Assembly: GCA_020248405.1 (NCBI GenBank)
Contig: JADCHQ010000015.1
Span: 14,643-78,642 of the forward strand
DNA length: 64,000 nucleotides
DNA from: Rhodocyclaceae bacterium
GTDB taxonomy: Bacteria > Pseudomonadota > Gammaproteobacteria > Burkholderiales > Ga0077523
Reading direction: 5' to 3'
Under the pieces are notes generated by a model. It was not told where the DNA came from and did not search any database. It worked only from the letters and a program-made list of their open reading frames with translations. How positions within the stretch are numbered: position 1 is the stretch's first letter; every line of letters starts with the position of its first letter. The translations under genes were made by a program, and so were the position numbers. This document shows positions 29,368-40,366 of this stretch, in pieces.

Positions 29368-30228
29368 TCAGACCGGGTGGGCGGCCGGAAGCATCAGGCG
29401 GCACGCCGCCCGGAACAACAGGGAATCCGCGCGCCCGAGCGTCTCCAGGATGCTGAAGTGGTTGTCGTCGGGACAGAGCAAATCCTCGGCGATCACCTCC
29501 CGCCAGCGCGTCTTGATGAGAGCGTGCTGCTCGGTGAATCCCTCGATCTCGCGGCCTCCCAGGGCCACGGTGAGGGGAGCGTCGGTGGCGGGGGGCATCC
29601 AGGCCGGGCTCACGCGCAGCGCGGAAGCATCATCGAGACGGATGTCGCTGTTTACCGATGGCACGTGCACCAGCGGTCCGAGATCATAGAGGCCGCTCAC
29701 TGACAAGCCTCCCGAAATCATCCGATCGGGCAGATCGGGCGCGTAGCGAGGCCACTGGGCAGCCATCATCATGGTGGCGAGGTGCCCGCCGGCAGAGTGC
29801 CCCGCCACGAAGAGGTTGTTGCCGAAGGCGCCGTAACGGCTGCCGTTGCGGTACAGCCAGGCGGTGGCCTTGAGCATCTGGCGCACGATGTCCTCCACCT
29901 TCACGGAGGGACACAAGGCGTAGTTGGGCATGGCCACGGTGACGCCGAGCTTGACGAATTCGGTGGCCAGGAAGGAATGGTCGCGCTTGTCCAGCGAGCG
30001 CCAGTAGCCCCCGTGGATGAACATCAACAGCGCGCGAGAACGGCCCTCGGCGCGGAAGATGTCGATCTTCTCCATGGGATGGTCGCCGTAGGCAATGTCC
30101 AGATCGCAGTCGAGCTCGTCGCGCGCCTGCTTGGATAGCCGCGTCCAGCGGTCAAAATGCTGGGCGTACTCCGGCACCGCCGCTCGGTTGTTGTACCGTC
30201 TCTCGCTGGCCGCGGTCTGCTCGTCCAT
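29368..30228 (-). CDS. Alpha/beta hydrolase (arylformamidase/esterase-like)
   Basis: Oxyanion motif HGGYW and nucleophile elbow GHSAGGH. Start re-picked at ATG 30228 (MDEQTAASERRYNN). Confidence 0.8.
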   Translation of the reverse strand: MDEQTAASERRYNNRAAVPEYAQHFDRWTRLSKQARDELDCDLDIAYGDHPMEKIDIFRAEGRSRALLMFIHGGYWRSLDKRDHSFLATEFVKLGVTVAMPNYALCPSVKVEDIVRQMLKATAWLYRNGSRYGAFGNNLFVAGHSAGGHLATMMMAAQWPRYAPDLPDRMISGGLSVSGLYDLGPLVHVPSVNSDIRLDDASALRVSPAWMPPATDAPLTVALGGREIEGFTEQHALIKTRWREVIAEDLLCPDDNHFSILETLGRADSLLFRAACRLMLPAAHPV

Positions 30229-30490
30229 GCTGCTTGATTCCCCCGGAATTCCTATGGCGCGCACGGTTTTCGCCCCCACGTGGGGCTCCGCGTCTGGATG
30301 CAAAAACCGCTATTGAACCCAATCCGGGCGCCGGCTGTCCACTGCGGCGTTCAATTGCCTCAAAAGATCAAGCACATGCATGCGCGCCCGCGCGCCTTCG
30401 CCGGCCACTGCCCGCACTTTTCGCGGCCAATCGCCACGCCAGCAGACCCGCGGGCCGCCACTCCGACGCCTCGAACAGGAACCATCCCCC

Positions 30491-31387
30491 ATGACCGCCG
30501 AACGCTTCGCCCAGCCGCAATTCCTCGTGGACACCGCCTGGCTCGCCGCCCGCCTGGAGGACCCCGCGTTGGTGGTGCTCGACGGCACCACGCACCTCAT
30601 GCCGCCGCCGCCCTCCCCCTACCGGGTGGTGGCGGGCCGGGCCGACTTCGAGGCCGGCCACGTGCCCGGCGCGCAGTTCGTGGACCTGGACGCGGAGCTC
30701 TCCGACCCCCACCAGGCGCCGGGTCTGCACTTCACCGTGCCGCCGCCGGAACTGTTTGCCGCCACCCTGGGGCGCCTGGGCGTGGGCGATGACACCTTCG
30801 TGGTGTGCTACTCCACCGCCAATCACTGGTGGGCCACGCGGCTGTGGTGGATGCTGAGGGTGTTCGGGCACGACCGCGCCGCCGTGCTCGACGGTGGCTT
30901 CCAGAAGTGGCAGGCGGAGAAGCGCCCCGTAGCCACGGGCCCTGCCCATCCCCGGGCCGAGGCCCGCTTCACACCCCGCCCGCGCCCGCACTTGGTGGCC
31001 CATAAGCACGACGTGCTTGCCGCCATCGGCCGTCCCGGCAGTTGCATCCTCAACGCCCTGCGGCCCGAACAGCACGCCGGCACCGGGGGCACGGTGTACG
31101 GCCGCCTGGGCCGCATCGCGGGCAGCGTCAACGTGCCGGCCGCGGCGCTGGTGGATGAGCACAACGTCTACAAGCCCGTGGCCGAGTTGCGCCGCCTCAT
31201 GGCCGGCGCGCTGTCTCACCCCGACGTCATCACCTACTGCGGCGGCGGCATCGCCGCCTCGAGCGCCACCCTGGTGCTCAACATGCTGGGCCACGACCGC
31301 GTGCGCCTCTACGACGCTTCCCTGTCCGAATGGGCCCCGGACCCCACGCTGCCCATGGAAGGCCCCGACACGCCCCCGGCTGGCTGA
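30491..31387 (+). CDS. sseA: Sulfurtransferase (tandem rhodanese, SseA / 3-mercaptopyruvate sulfurtransferase-like)
   Basis: Two rhodanese domains, with active-site Cys in [11 protein letters not shown]. Start re-picked at ATG 30491. Confidence 0.85.
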   Translation: MTAERFAQPQFLVDTAWLAARLEDPALVVLDGTTHLMPPPPSPYRVVAGRADFEAGHVPGAQFVDLDAELSDPHQAPGLHFTVPPPELFAATLGRLGVGDDTFVVCYSTANHWWATRLWWMLRVFGHDRAAVLDGGFQKWQAEKRPVATGPAHPRAEARFTPRPRPHLVAHKHDVLAAIGRPGSCILNALRPEQHAGTGGTVYGRLGRIAGSVNVPAAALVDEHNVYKPVAELRRLMAGALSHPDVITYCGGGIAASSATLVLNMLGHDRVRLYDASLSEWAPDPTLPMEGPDTPPAG

Positions 31388-31448
31388 CCTGCGTCAAAGG
31401 CGGCTACGGGGCTCGGCCTACAGTGGCACACCCCACGCTTGCGCCGCC

Positions 31449-32191
<743 letters not shown>

Positions 32192-32198
<7 letters not shown>

Positions 32199-34564
32199 GG
32201 CTGCCGGCGCTGGAGCGCAAACTGCTGCGGGACCTGTGGCGGTTGCGCGGACACCTCGCCGCGGTGGCGTTGGTCACCGCCTGCGGCGTGGCCACCTGGG
32301 TCACCATGCGCAGCGCCTACGAAGGCATGCTCGAGGCCCGCGAGCGCTACTACACGCGCTGGCGTTTCGCCGATGTGTTCGCCGAGTTGCGCCGCGCACC
32401 CGCGAGCCTCGCCACCCGAGCGGCTGATCTGCCCGGCGTGGCGGCCGTGCAGGCACGCACCAGCACCGAGGCGCAGGCGGTGGTGCCAGGCTTTCACGAG
32501 CCGGTCACGGTGCGCCTGGTGGCGCTGCCCGATCCCCCTGGCGGCGCGCTCAACGACGTGTTCGTGCGCAGCGGCCGCCGCCCGCTTCGGGGCGCCGCCG
32601 ACGAAGTGCTCGCTGCCGAGGGGTTCGCGTCGGCCCACGGACTGCGCCCCGGGGACAGCCTCGAAGCGGTGATCAACGGCCGCTGGCAGCGTCTGCGGGT
32701 GACCGGCACCGGCGGATCGCCCGAGTATGTGCACGTGATCGGCGGCGCTGGCGTGTTTCCCGACGATCTGCGCTATGGCGTGCTATGGATGGATGGCGCT
32801 GCCCTGGCTGCGGCGCTCGACATGCGCGACGGCTTCAACGCGCTGGCGCTGGCGCTGGCCCCCGGCGCTGACGCCCGCGAGGTCATCGCCCGGCTCGACA
32901 CCCTGCTCGTGCCCTGGGGATCGCCCGGCGCCTACGGCCGCGACGAACAGGTGTCCCACCAAATGCTGGATGGCGAGATCCAGCAGGATCGCGTCACCGG
33001 CGTGGTGGTGCCGACCCTGTTTCTGGCCGTGGCCGCATTCCTGATCCACAACGTGCTGGCGCGCCTGATCGCCTTGCAGCGCGCCCAGATCGGTGTGCTC
33101 AAGGCCTTTGGCTACGGCAACGGCCGCATTGCCCTGCACTACCTTGAACTGGGGCTCGCGGCGGTGCTGGCGGGCGGTATCGCGGGCCTGCTGCTGGGCC
33201 TCTGGCTTGGCGCGGGCTTGGCGGGCATCTATCAGCGGTTTTTCCATTTCCCCGAACTGGTTCTGAGGGTGTCGGCCGCCAACGCTGCCGGCGCACTGGC
33301 CGTGTGTGTGGCCGCTGCCGGCGCCGGCGCCTGGCCAGCGGTACGCCGCGCCCTGGCCCTGGCCCCCGCCGAGTCCATGCGTGCGGAGCCCCCGCCGCAA
33401 TTCAGGCCCCGGCTGCTTGAGCGCCTCGGCCTTCATCGCCGGCTGCCGCCAACAGCGCGCATGGTGCTGCGCAATCTCGAGCGCCGCCCGCTGCGGGCAG
33501 CGGCCTCGGTTACAGCCGTGGCGCTTGCGTGCGCCCTGCTGGTGGTGGGCCGCTTCGGCATCGACGCCCTCGAGGAAACCGTGCGTGTGCAGTTTCGCGA
33601 GGCCCGCCGCGACGATGTGCGCGTGGCCTTTCGCGAGGCCCTGTCGCCGGAGGCGGCCCGCGCTCTGGGCAGCCTGCCGGGCGTGCTGCAGGTGGAAGGC
33701 ATACGCGTGGCCGCGGCCCGCCTGCGCCACGGCCACCGCAGCAAGCGCGTGGCGGTATTCGGCCTGGCCCCAGGGGCGGAACTGCACCGCATCGTGGATG
33801 CCGATGGGCGCACCGTGGCGCTGCCGGCGGAGGGCGTGGTGCTGTCCCGCAGCCTCGCCCGGGTGCTGGGCATCGCCCCCGGCGACACGCTGGTGGCGGA
33901 GTTTCTCGAAGGCGAGCGGCGGGTACGCGAGCTGCCCGTGGTCGCCACGGTGGACGAATCCGTGGGCCTGGGCGTGTACGCCTCGCGCGAGGCGCTATCG
34001 CGTTGGCTCGGCGAGGGTCCGCGCATCACCGATGCCTATCTGCGCGTGGACGCGCTGCAACTGGACGCGCTGCATGCACGGCTGCGCCAGATCCCCGCCA
34101 TCTCCGGGGTGACGCTGCGCGAGGCCACCATCGCCACTTTCCTGGACACCATCGCCCGCAACCTGCGCATCTCCATCGATATCCTGATGGTGTTCGCCTG
34201 CGCCATTGCCGCCGGCGTGGTGTACAACGGCGCCCGCATCGCCCTGTCCGAACACGCCGCCACCCTGGCCAGCCTGCGCGTGCTCGGATTCCGTCGTGGC
34301 GAGGTCACCACCATCCTGTTGGGTGAGCAGGGGCTGCTCACCGCGGCCGGCATTCCCCTGGGCCTGCTGGTGGGCTACGGCCTGTGCGGCTGGCTCGCCG
34401 CGCTGCTGGAGACCGACTACTACCGCTTGCCGCTCACCCTCTCCGGTAGCACCATCTTCACTGCTGCCGGCGCCGTGGCGGCCGCGGCAGTGGCCTCGGG
34501 TGCGCTCGTGGCCTGGAGGGTGCGCCATTTGGACCTCGTTGCCGTGCTGAAAACCCGTGAGTGA
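32192..34564 (+). CDS. ABC transporter permease with duplicated FtsX domains
   Basis: 790 aa. Two blocks of four transmembrane helices each follow a large periplasmic loop. The GTG start overlaps the ATPase stop by 7 nt. Confidence 0.85.
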
Positions 34565-35762
34565 CGTCGCGCCCTGGCTCAAACGCATCGCCATCGCTCA
34601 CGGTGCAATCATCGCCCTGGGCGCGGCGGGCTGGCTGCTATTCGCTCCCACGCCTCCCGAGGTGGAGGGCGCGACGGCGCTGCGCGGCTCCATGCAGGTG
34701 ACCGTGGACCAGGAGGCGGAGGTCCGGGTCCACGACCGTTATGTGGTGGCGGCCCCCGTATCCGGCCGGCTGCGGCGGGTCGACCTGCACGACGGCGATC
34801 CCGTCGCCGCCGGCCAGGTGCTCGCCCTCATTGATCCTGCGCCCCTGGATCCGCGCACCCGTGCCGAGGCCCTGGCACGGGTCGATGCCGCGCAGGCCCT
34901 GCTGCGCGAGGCGGAGCAGAACGTGCAGCAGGCCCTCTCCGCGCGCGATCAGGCGCGGCGCGACCGCGACCGCGCCGCGCGCCTGGCAGACGAACGCTTC
35001 GTGGCGGCGGAGGTCGCCGAGCGCGCCCGCACCACCGCCGCATCCGCCGAGGCCGCCGCCGCGGCGGCGGCAGCGCGCCAGTCGGCCGCCCGTTCCGAAC
35101 TCGCGGCTGCCCGTGCCGCCCTGCTGAGTTCGCCTGGCCAAGGCACTGGGGCCACGGTGCGGCTCGCGGCACCCACCGCCGGCCGGGTGCTGCGGGTCAT
35201 GGAAAAGAGCGAGCGCACAGTGGCCCAGGGCACCGCGCTGATGGTGATCGGCGATCCGGCGCGCCTGGAAATCGTTGCCGATGTGCTGTCCTCGGATGCG
35301 GTGCGTATCCGTCCCGGCGCCCTGGCAAGCCTTGAAGACTGGGGCGGCCCGCCACGCGCCGCCCGCGTACGCCTCGTGGAGCCCTATGCCTTCACCAAGG
35401 TTTCCGCGCTGGGCATCGAGGAGCAGCGGGTCAACGTGCTGCTTGATCCGGTGGACACGCTCGACGGCCTGGGCGACGGCTATCGCGTGGAAGCGCGCAT
35501 CGTCACCTGGTCCTCGCCTGATGCGTTGAAGATTCCGGCGAGCGCAGTGTTCCGGCATGGCGAGGGCTGGGCGGTGTTCTTGCTGGAGGGCTCGCGTATC
35601 CGGCTTGCGCCCGTGGAGGCGGCCGAGCGCAACGCCCGCGAGGTACGCATAGCCGCGGGTCTCGATGCCGGCGCGGTGGTGGTGCGCTTTCCCTCCAATG
35701 AACTGACCCATGGCGCGCGGGTGCGGGTGCGCGCGCGCGACCCCGCCGCGGGACGCCCTTGA
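34557..35762 (+). CDS. HlyD-family periplasmic adaptor (membrane fusion protein)
   Basis: N-terminal transmembrane segment, a biotinyl-lipoyl-like hairpin (VAAPVSGRLRRVDLHDGDPVAAGQVLALID) and an Ala/Arg-rich coiled coil. It overlaps the permease stop. Confidence 0.8.
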   Translation: MSDVAPWLKRIAIAHGAIIALGAAGWLLFAPTPPEVEGATALRGSMQVTVDQEAEVRVHDRYVVAAPVSGRLRRVDLHDGDPVAAGQVLALIDPAPLDPRTRAEALARVDAAQALLREAEQNVQQALSARDQARRDRDRAARLADERFVAAEVAERARTTAASAEAAAAAAAARQSAARSELAAARAALLSSPGQGTGATVRLAAPTAGRVLRVMEKSERTVAQGTALMVIGDPARLEIVADVLSSDAVRIRPGALASLEDWGGPPRAARVRLVEPYAFTKVSALGIEEQRVNVLLDPVDTLDGLGDGYRVEARIVTWSSPDALKIPASAVFRHGEGWAVFLLEGSRIRLAPVEAAERNAREVRIAAGLDAGAVVVRFPSNELTHGARVRVRARDPAAGRP

Positions 35763-35807
35763 AGCGCTTCGCGTAGCATTGGCCGCTTACGCGGAGGAAC
35801 GCAGTCC

Positions 35808-36772
35808 ATGATCGAACACTTCCCCGTCCATGCATCGGACTACCCCGGTGCCGTGCTGGTGACCGGCGCGGGCGGTTGTATCGGCAGCTGGGTGTTGGCG
35901 CTGCTGGTGCGAAACGGCATTCCCGCGGTCGCCTTCGACCTGACCGAAGACCGGCGCCGGCCTGGCCTGCTGCTGGATGCCGAGGAACTGGCGCGCGTGC
36001 GCTGGCTGATCGGCGACGTGAGCGACACGCAACGCGTGCTTGAAGCGGTGCGGACGAGCGACGCCTGCGCCATCGTGCACCTGGCCGGTCTTCAAGTCCC
36101 CTTCTGCAAGGCGGACCCTGTGGCCGGCGCCCGGGTGAACGTGGTGGGCACGGTGAACATTTTCGAGGCGGCCCGCGCCCAGGGAATCCGGCGCGTGGCC
36201 TACGCCAGCTCCATCGGCGCCCTGGGCGCCTTCCCCGACAGCCCCTGGGGCGCCACCCTCACGGCGCCTACAAGTACTGCAACGAGCAGACGGCGAAGGT
36301 GTACTGGCGCGACTGGCAAGTGCCCAGTGTGGGCTTCCGGCCGGGCGTGGTGTACGGCGTGGGCCGCGACCAGGGGCAGACCTCCAAGACCACCGTGGCC
36401 ATGCTGGCCGCCGTGGCGGGGCAGCCCTACGACATCCCGTTCCGCGGGCCGGTGTCCTGGCTGCACGCGGGGGAGGTGGCCAGCGCTTTCCTCAAGGCTG
36501 TGTCCCGCGACGGCGACGACGCACCCGTGTTCGACATCAACGGCCCCTGCCTGAGCGTGGAAGAAGGTGTCGCCCTGCTGCGGCAACTGGTGCCCGGCGC
36601 CCAGGTGGGTTGCTCGGGCGCGCCGCTGCCCTACCCCATGGACCTGTCCGACGAGCCGCTGCGCGCCCATGTGGGCGACTACGGCCAAGCGACGGTGGAA
36701 CAGGGCATGCGCGCCACCATCGATGCATTCCGCGGGCTGCTTGCCCGCGGCGCCCTGGAGCCGCCAAGATGA
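35808..36772 (+). pseudogene. NAD-dependent epimerase/dehydratase (extended SDR) disrupted by a -1 frameshift near 36260
   Basis: ORF 35808.. carries the Rossmann motif VLVTGAGGCIGSW and turns to junk after PDSPWGATL. The frame-2 ORF continues with AYKYCNEQTAKVYWRDW... to 36772. Inserting one T after 36260 restores ATL-Y-GAYKYCNE, the YxxxK active site. Confidence 0.75.
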
Positions 36773-37299
36773 AGCCGTCCTCCGCGCTTCCATGGCGCTC
36801 CCGGCGCCGCGCGACCGTACTGCTGCTCACCGCCGCGCTCGCCTCCCTGTCTGGCACCGGGCGGGCAGCCACCGAAATCGGCGCCCCCGCGCCCGAGCTG
36901 CGCGGCGTGCTGGTGTCGGGCGAGCCCTTCGACCTGGCCGACTACCGTGGCAAGGTGGTGCTGGTGAACTTCTACTCCAGCTACTGCCGCGGCTGCGCCT
37001 ACGAGATCGGCAGCCTGGAGACCTTCCGCGACGAGCACGCCGCCGAGGGCTTCCACATCCTCATGATCGGCGTGGACCGGCCCGAGGACAAAGGGCGCGT
37101 GGCGCGCATGCTCGGCATCTACAACCTGCAAGGCGGCATGACCGACGAGCTCACCGCTTCCGGTTTCGAGCGCCGCTATCCCACGCCCACGGCCTTCGTG
37201 ATCGATCGCGAGGGCATGCTGCGAGAACGCATAAACGGCGCCAAGACACTGCCGCGCCTCAACGAGCTGCTGCTGCCCTGGATCCGCAAGTCGCCCTGA
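36769..37299 (+). CDS. TlpA-family thiol:disulfide oxidoreductase (redoxin)
   Basis: Signal peptide and CxxC in NFYSSYCRGCAYE. ATGA overlap with the end of the epimerase reading frame. Confidence 0.8.
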   Translation: MKPSSALPWRSRRRATVLLLTAALASLSGTGRAATEIGAPAPELRGVLVSGEPFDLADYRGKVVLVNFYSSYCRGCAYEIGSLETFRDEHAAEGFHILMIGVDRPEDKGRVARMLGIYNLQGGMTDELTASGFERRYPTPTAFVIDREGMLRERINGAKTLPRLNELLLPWIRKSP

Positions 37300-37323
37300 G
37301 GAAGCGGCAGGCACACCGCCCTG

Positions 37324-38778
37324 TCACTGGCTGCTCGCGGGCTGCGCACCAGGGCTGGCCACCACAGCCATGAACTCGGCGGCGGTCAGGCCGTTCAGGC
37401 GCAGCTCGCCGCCCTCCAGAGCCGCCTCCACGCGCAGCCACTCCCCGGCGGCGCGCAGCAACCCCGCCTCCACCAGTTCACGCAGGCGCGCCTCGGCCAT
37501 GCGCGCGGCGAGTTGCGCGGCCGCCGCCTCGTCCATGGGTTGCCCGGTTTGCGACTGGGCCGTCCAGGCGGGCACCGCGGCACGTTTCTCCAGAACGAAG
37601 CGCAGCAGTTCGGGGGAAATGTCCACCACGGCGCTGCCCGACAGGCGCTCGCCCAGGGAGGCGAGGGCGGCGCCCACGGCGGCCTCGTCCGGGGCCCCGC
37701 CTGCGGCGGAAGCCGCAGGCTTCAGCTCCATGTGCCCCTGGGCACGCAAGGCCCCGCGGGGAGACTTCAGCGCCAGTTGCCTGAGGTTCAGGCGCGGCGA
37801 GCGGGCAGCAAGGTCATCCGCCAGCTTGGTCAGCGTGCCGAGCATGCGCCGGCTCTCCTCCGCCGTGGCCGGCCCGGAGGATTGCAGCGCCTCGCTGGCA
37901 TGCATGAACTGGCTCAACGCAGCGCGATCCAGGCGTTCGGCATCCACTTCCACAACCATGTCGTTGAGCACCGGCTCGGACGCCGCTTCAGCGGCCTTCG
38001 TGACGCTGGCCAGGACCATCTTGAACCCCGACCCCAGGGTGGCGCCTTCGTCCTTCTGCCAGCCCTCGATCCCGAGACCGCGCACACTGTAGCGACCGAA
38101 GGCGCCCGACGCCTCCGCCGTCTCCATGCGAAGAGCCGAGCGTCCCGTCCAGTAAAGGCTGTTGGGGCCCGACAGATTCCACTCGCCATCGCCGCTGATG
38201 GCGCCCATGGTCAACAGCGAGCCCAGCCCCTGCACCGTGAGCCCCGGAGACTTCAGGGTAAAGGTTGCCACCTGGGCGGCCGACAGATTGAGGGTGGCGG
38301 TCAGCCCACCCCAGGCGCTACGCACACCATTGGTGGTGCGCTCAAAGGGCGGCGACACGATCTCGGTGACGCTGCCGCCCTCGAAGGGCATGGTGCTGGC
38401 AATGGTGATTGCCGCCTGGCCGCCGAACAGCCCGTCCAGCGCCGCCTTGACCTGATCGGGGCCCCGCAGGCGCGTCTCGATGCGCCCCCAGCCATAGTCC
38501 GGATGGGGGCCGTGGGCGATCTGGTGCTCGAGCTCCAGGAACATCTCCGGCATGCCACGCGGCGACACCCGGGAGACGGCGGTGGAGTTGCGCAAGCCGC
38601 GATCGTAGGACACCACGGTCATGGTCACGGACATGGCCGGGTCGGCCGACAGGGCCTCTGCCCGCGCCCGAAAACCCTCTTCCGCCCTGCTACCCGTCCA
38701 CCACGCCGCACCCGCCAGGCCGCCCGTGCCGAAGACCACAACCCCGGCGCCTGCCAACAGCCAACCTGTCCTCTTCAT
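37324..38778 (-). CDS. DUF945 (YdgA-like) family exported protein
   Basis: N-terminal anchor MKRTGWLLAGAGVVVFG and a repetitive Ala/Gly/Leu-rich body that resembles YdgA-like proteins (from memory). ATG 38778 is preceded by GGGGAGAAA. Confidence 0.7.
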   Translation of the reverse strand: MKRTGWLLAGAGVVVFGTGGLAGAAWWTGSRAEEGFRARAEALSADPAMSVTMTVVSYDRGLRNSTAVSRVSPRGMPEMFLELEHQIAHGPHPDYGWGRIETRLRGPDQVKAALDGLFGGQAAITIASTMPFEGGSVTEIVSPPFERTTNGVRSAWGGLTATLNLSAAQVATFTLKSPGLTVQGLGSLLTMGAISGDGEWNLSGPNSLYWTGRSALRMETAEASGAFGRYSVRGLGIEGWQKDEGATLGSGFKMVLASVTKAAEAASEPVLNDMVVEVDAERLDRAALSQFMHASEALQSSGPATAEESRRMLGTLTKLADDLAARSPRLNLRQLALKSPRGALRAQGHMELKPAASAAGGAPDEAAVGAALASLGERLSGSAVVDISPELLRFVLEKRAAVPAWTAQSQTGQPMDEAAAAQLAARMAEARLRELVEAGLLRAAGEWLRVEAALEGGELRLNGLTAAEFMAVVASPGAQPASSQ

Positions 38779-38846
38779 GCCGTTTCTCCCCATGTGTATC
38801 CCTTTGGCCCGCCCGCGGCACCGTCGCTCGAGATGTTACGACCACG

Positions 38847-38863
38847 CTGCCGATCATCGGCAG
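38847..38863. promoter_or_regulatory. Perfect 17-bp palindrome upstream of the DUF945 gene (candidate operator)
   Basis: CTGCCGAT-C-ATCGGCAG, about 70 nt upstream of ATG 38778 in the intergenic spacer. Confidence 0.3.
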
Positions 38864-38966
38864 GCGGCGCCGCCGCGCCCCTGCCGCCTCCGGGGCCCCC
38901 TGCATCAGCGGACCGGCAAACACCCCAGCGCCGGGTCACCGAGGCCGGGCACCGGCCCGGCTGCTC

Positions 38967-40349
38967 CTACAGCGAACCGAGAAATCGCAGCAGCGCCTCG
39001 CGGTCTTGCCGCGGCAGGGCCACGAAGGCATCGCGCGATGGTTGTGCCTGCCCGCCGTGCCACAGAATCGCCTCGGCAAGGGTACGCGCACGACCGTCGT
39101 GCAGATAGGTGGCCTGGCCATTCACCGTGGCGCTCAACCCGATGCCCCACAGCGGCGCCGTGCGCCACTCCCGGCCGCTGGCGGCGAAATCGGGCCGGCC
39201 ATCGGCGAGCCCCTCCCCCAGATCGTGCAGCAACAGGTCGGTGTAGGGACGGATCACCTGGTTCGACAAGCCCGGCAGGCCCGCCACTTCGCCCGTACGC
39301 AGCTCGGGCACGTGGCAGCCGTTGCAGCGGGCCTGGGCGAACAGCGCCTCACCCCGCACCACCGCAGGATCGTCCACGCCGCGGCGTGCCGGCACAGCGG
39401 CGGCGCGCAGGTGAAATTCCACCGCTGCCCAGCGCACCTTGCCCAGTTCGGGACGGCCCGCGGGCATGAATTCACGGCACTGCTTCTGCACCGGCGGGCA
39501 GTTCTGCTCGGGAAAGTAGTCGCTGCTCACGCCGATATCGCCATGAAAAGCGGCGGCCACCTGCTGGCGCAGGTTGGCCACGTTTGCCTTGTGGCCGAAG
39601 CGGCCCAGCGACGGGGCGCCGGTGGCGTAGTCCCAGGCGCGGTTCGGGTGCCCGCCCATGGCGGGGTCGGGCGGGTCTTGCGCCAGGGCGAGCAACACGT
39701 TGTCGGGGACCGCATCGAGCAACCCGAGGCCCACCAGCGGCGGCGCCACCCGCGGCGAGGTGAGCACCTGCCCGCCCAGCGGGCCAAACTCCAGCCCCCG
39801 CAGCGCCACCACCGGGCGGCGCAGGGCCACGCTCTCACCGTCTTCGAAGCGCACCGCGGGCAGCTCCTCCCAGGCCAGCGCCACGCTGCCCTCGGCGGGT
39901 ACCACGCCCGGCACACCACGGGTCTGAAGCTGGTCGCCATAGTCCGGATGGGGTCGGGGCGCACCGCGGTCATCGCTGCCCGGCATGCTCAAGCGCACGA
40001 TCAGGCTGTGGGGCCCCTCGCCTGCGGCCACGGGCGCACCGCGGCCATTGCGCAGGTGACAGGCGGCGCAGGCGTCGGCGTTGAAGGTGGGGCCGGATCC
40101 CCATTCGCCCGCCTGGAACCAGTAGTTGACCCACTTCGCGTCCACGTGGCTCGCGCCCAGCGCGAACTCGCGCAGTTGCGGCCCATCGAGCGAGGCTACC
40201 GGCTGCCGGTACGCGGCCGGCGAGGCGTCGGCCACGGAGGCCGCGCCGGCCAGCAACGCCTCGGGCGGCAGCGGCCGGGGCTCGCCCGCCCTCAGCACCG
40301 CCGACCCCCACACCGCCGCCAACAGAGCCAGCGCCGCCGCACGCCCCAT
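38967..40349 (-). CDS. DUF1111 di-haem oxidoreductase (putative peroxidase), copy 1
   Basis: Signal peptide and two haem c motifs, CAACH and CNGCH, in the arrangement I recall for DUF1111. Start re-picked at ATG 40349. Confidence 0.8.
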   Translation of the reverse strand: MGRAAALALLAAVWGSAVLRAGEPRPLPPEALLAGAASVADASPAAYRQPVASLDGPQLREFALGASHVDAKWVNYWFQAGEWGSGPTFNADACAACHLRNGRGAPVAAGEGPHSLIVRLSMPGSDDRGAPRPHPDYGDQLQTRGVPGVVPAEGSVALAWEELPAVRFEDGESVALRRPVVALRGLEFGPLGGQVLTSPRVAPPLVGLGLLDAVPDNVLLALAQDPPDPAMGGHPNRAWDYATGAPSLGRFGHKANVANLRQQVAAAFHGDIGVSSDYFPEQNCPPVQKQCREFMPAGRPELGKVRWAAVEFHLRAAAVPARRGVDDPAVVRGEALFAQARCNGCHVPELRTGEVAGLPGLSNQVIRPYTDLLLHDLGEGLADGRPDFAASGREWRTAPLWGIGLSATVNGQATYLHDGRARTLAEAILWHGGQAQPSRDAFVALPRQDREALLRFLGSL

Positions 40350-40366
40350 GGCCGGACCGGACACGC

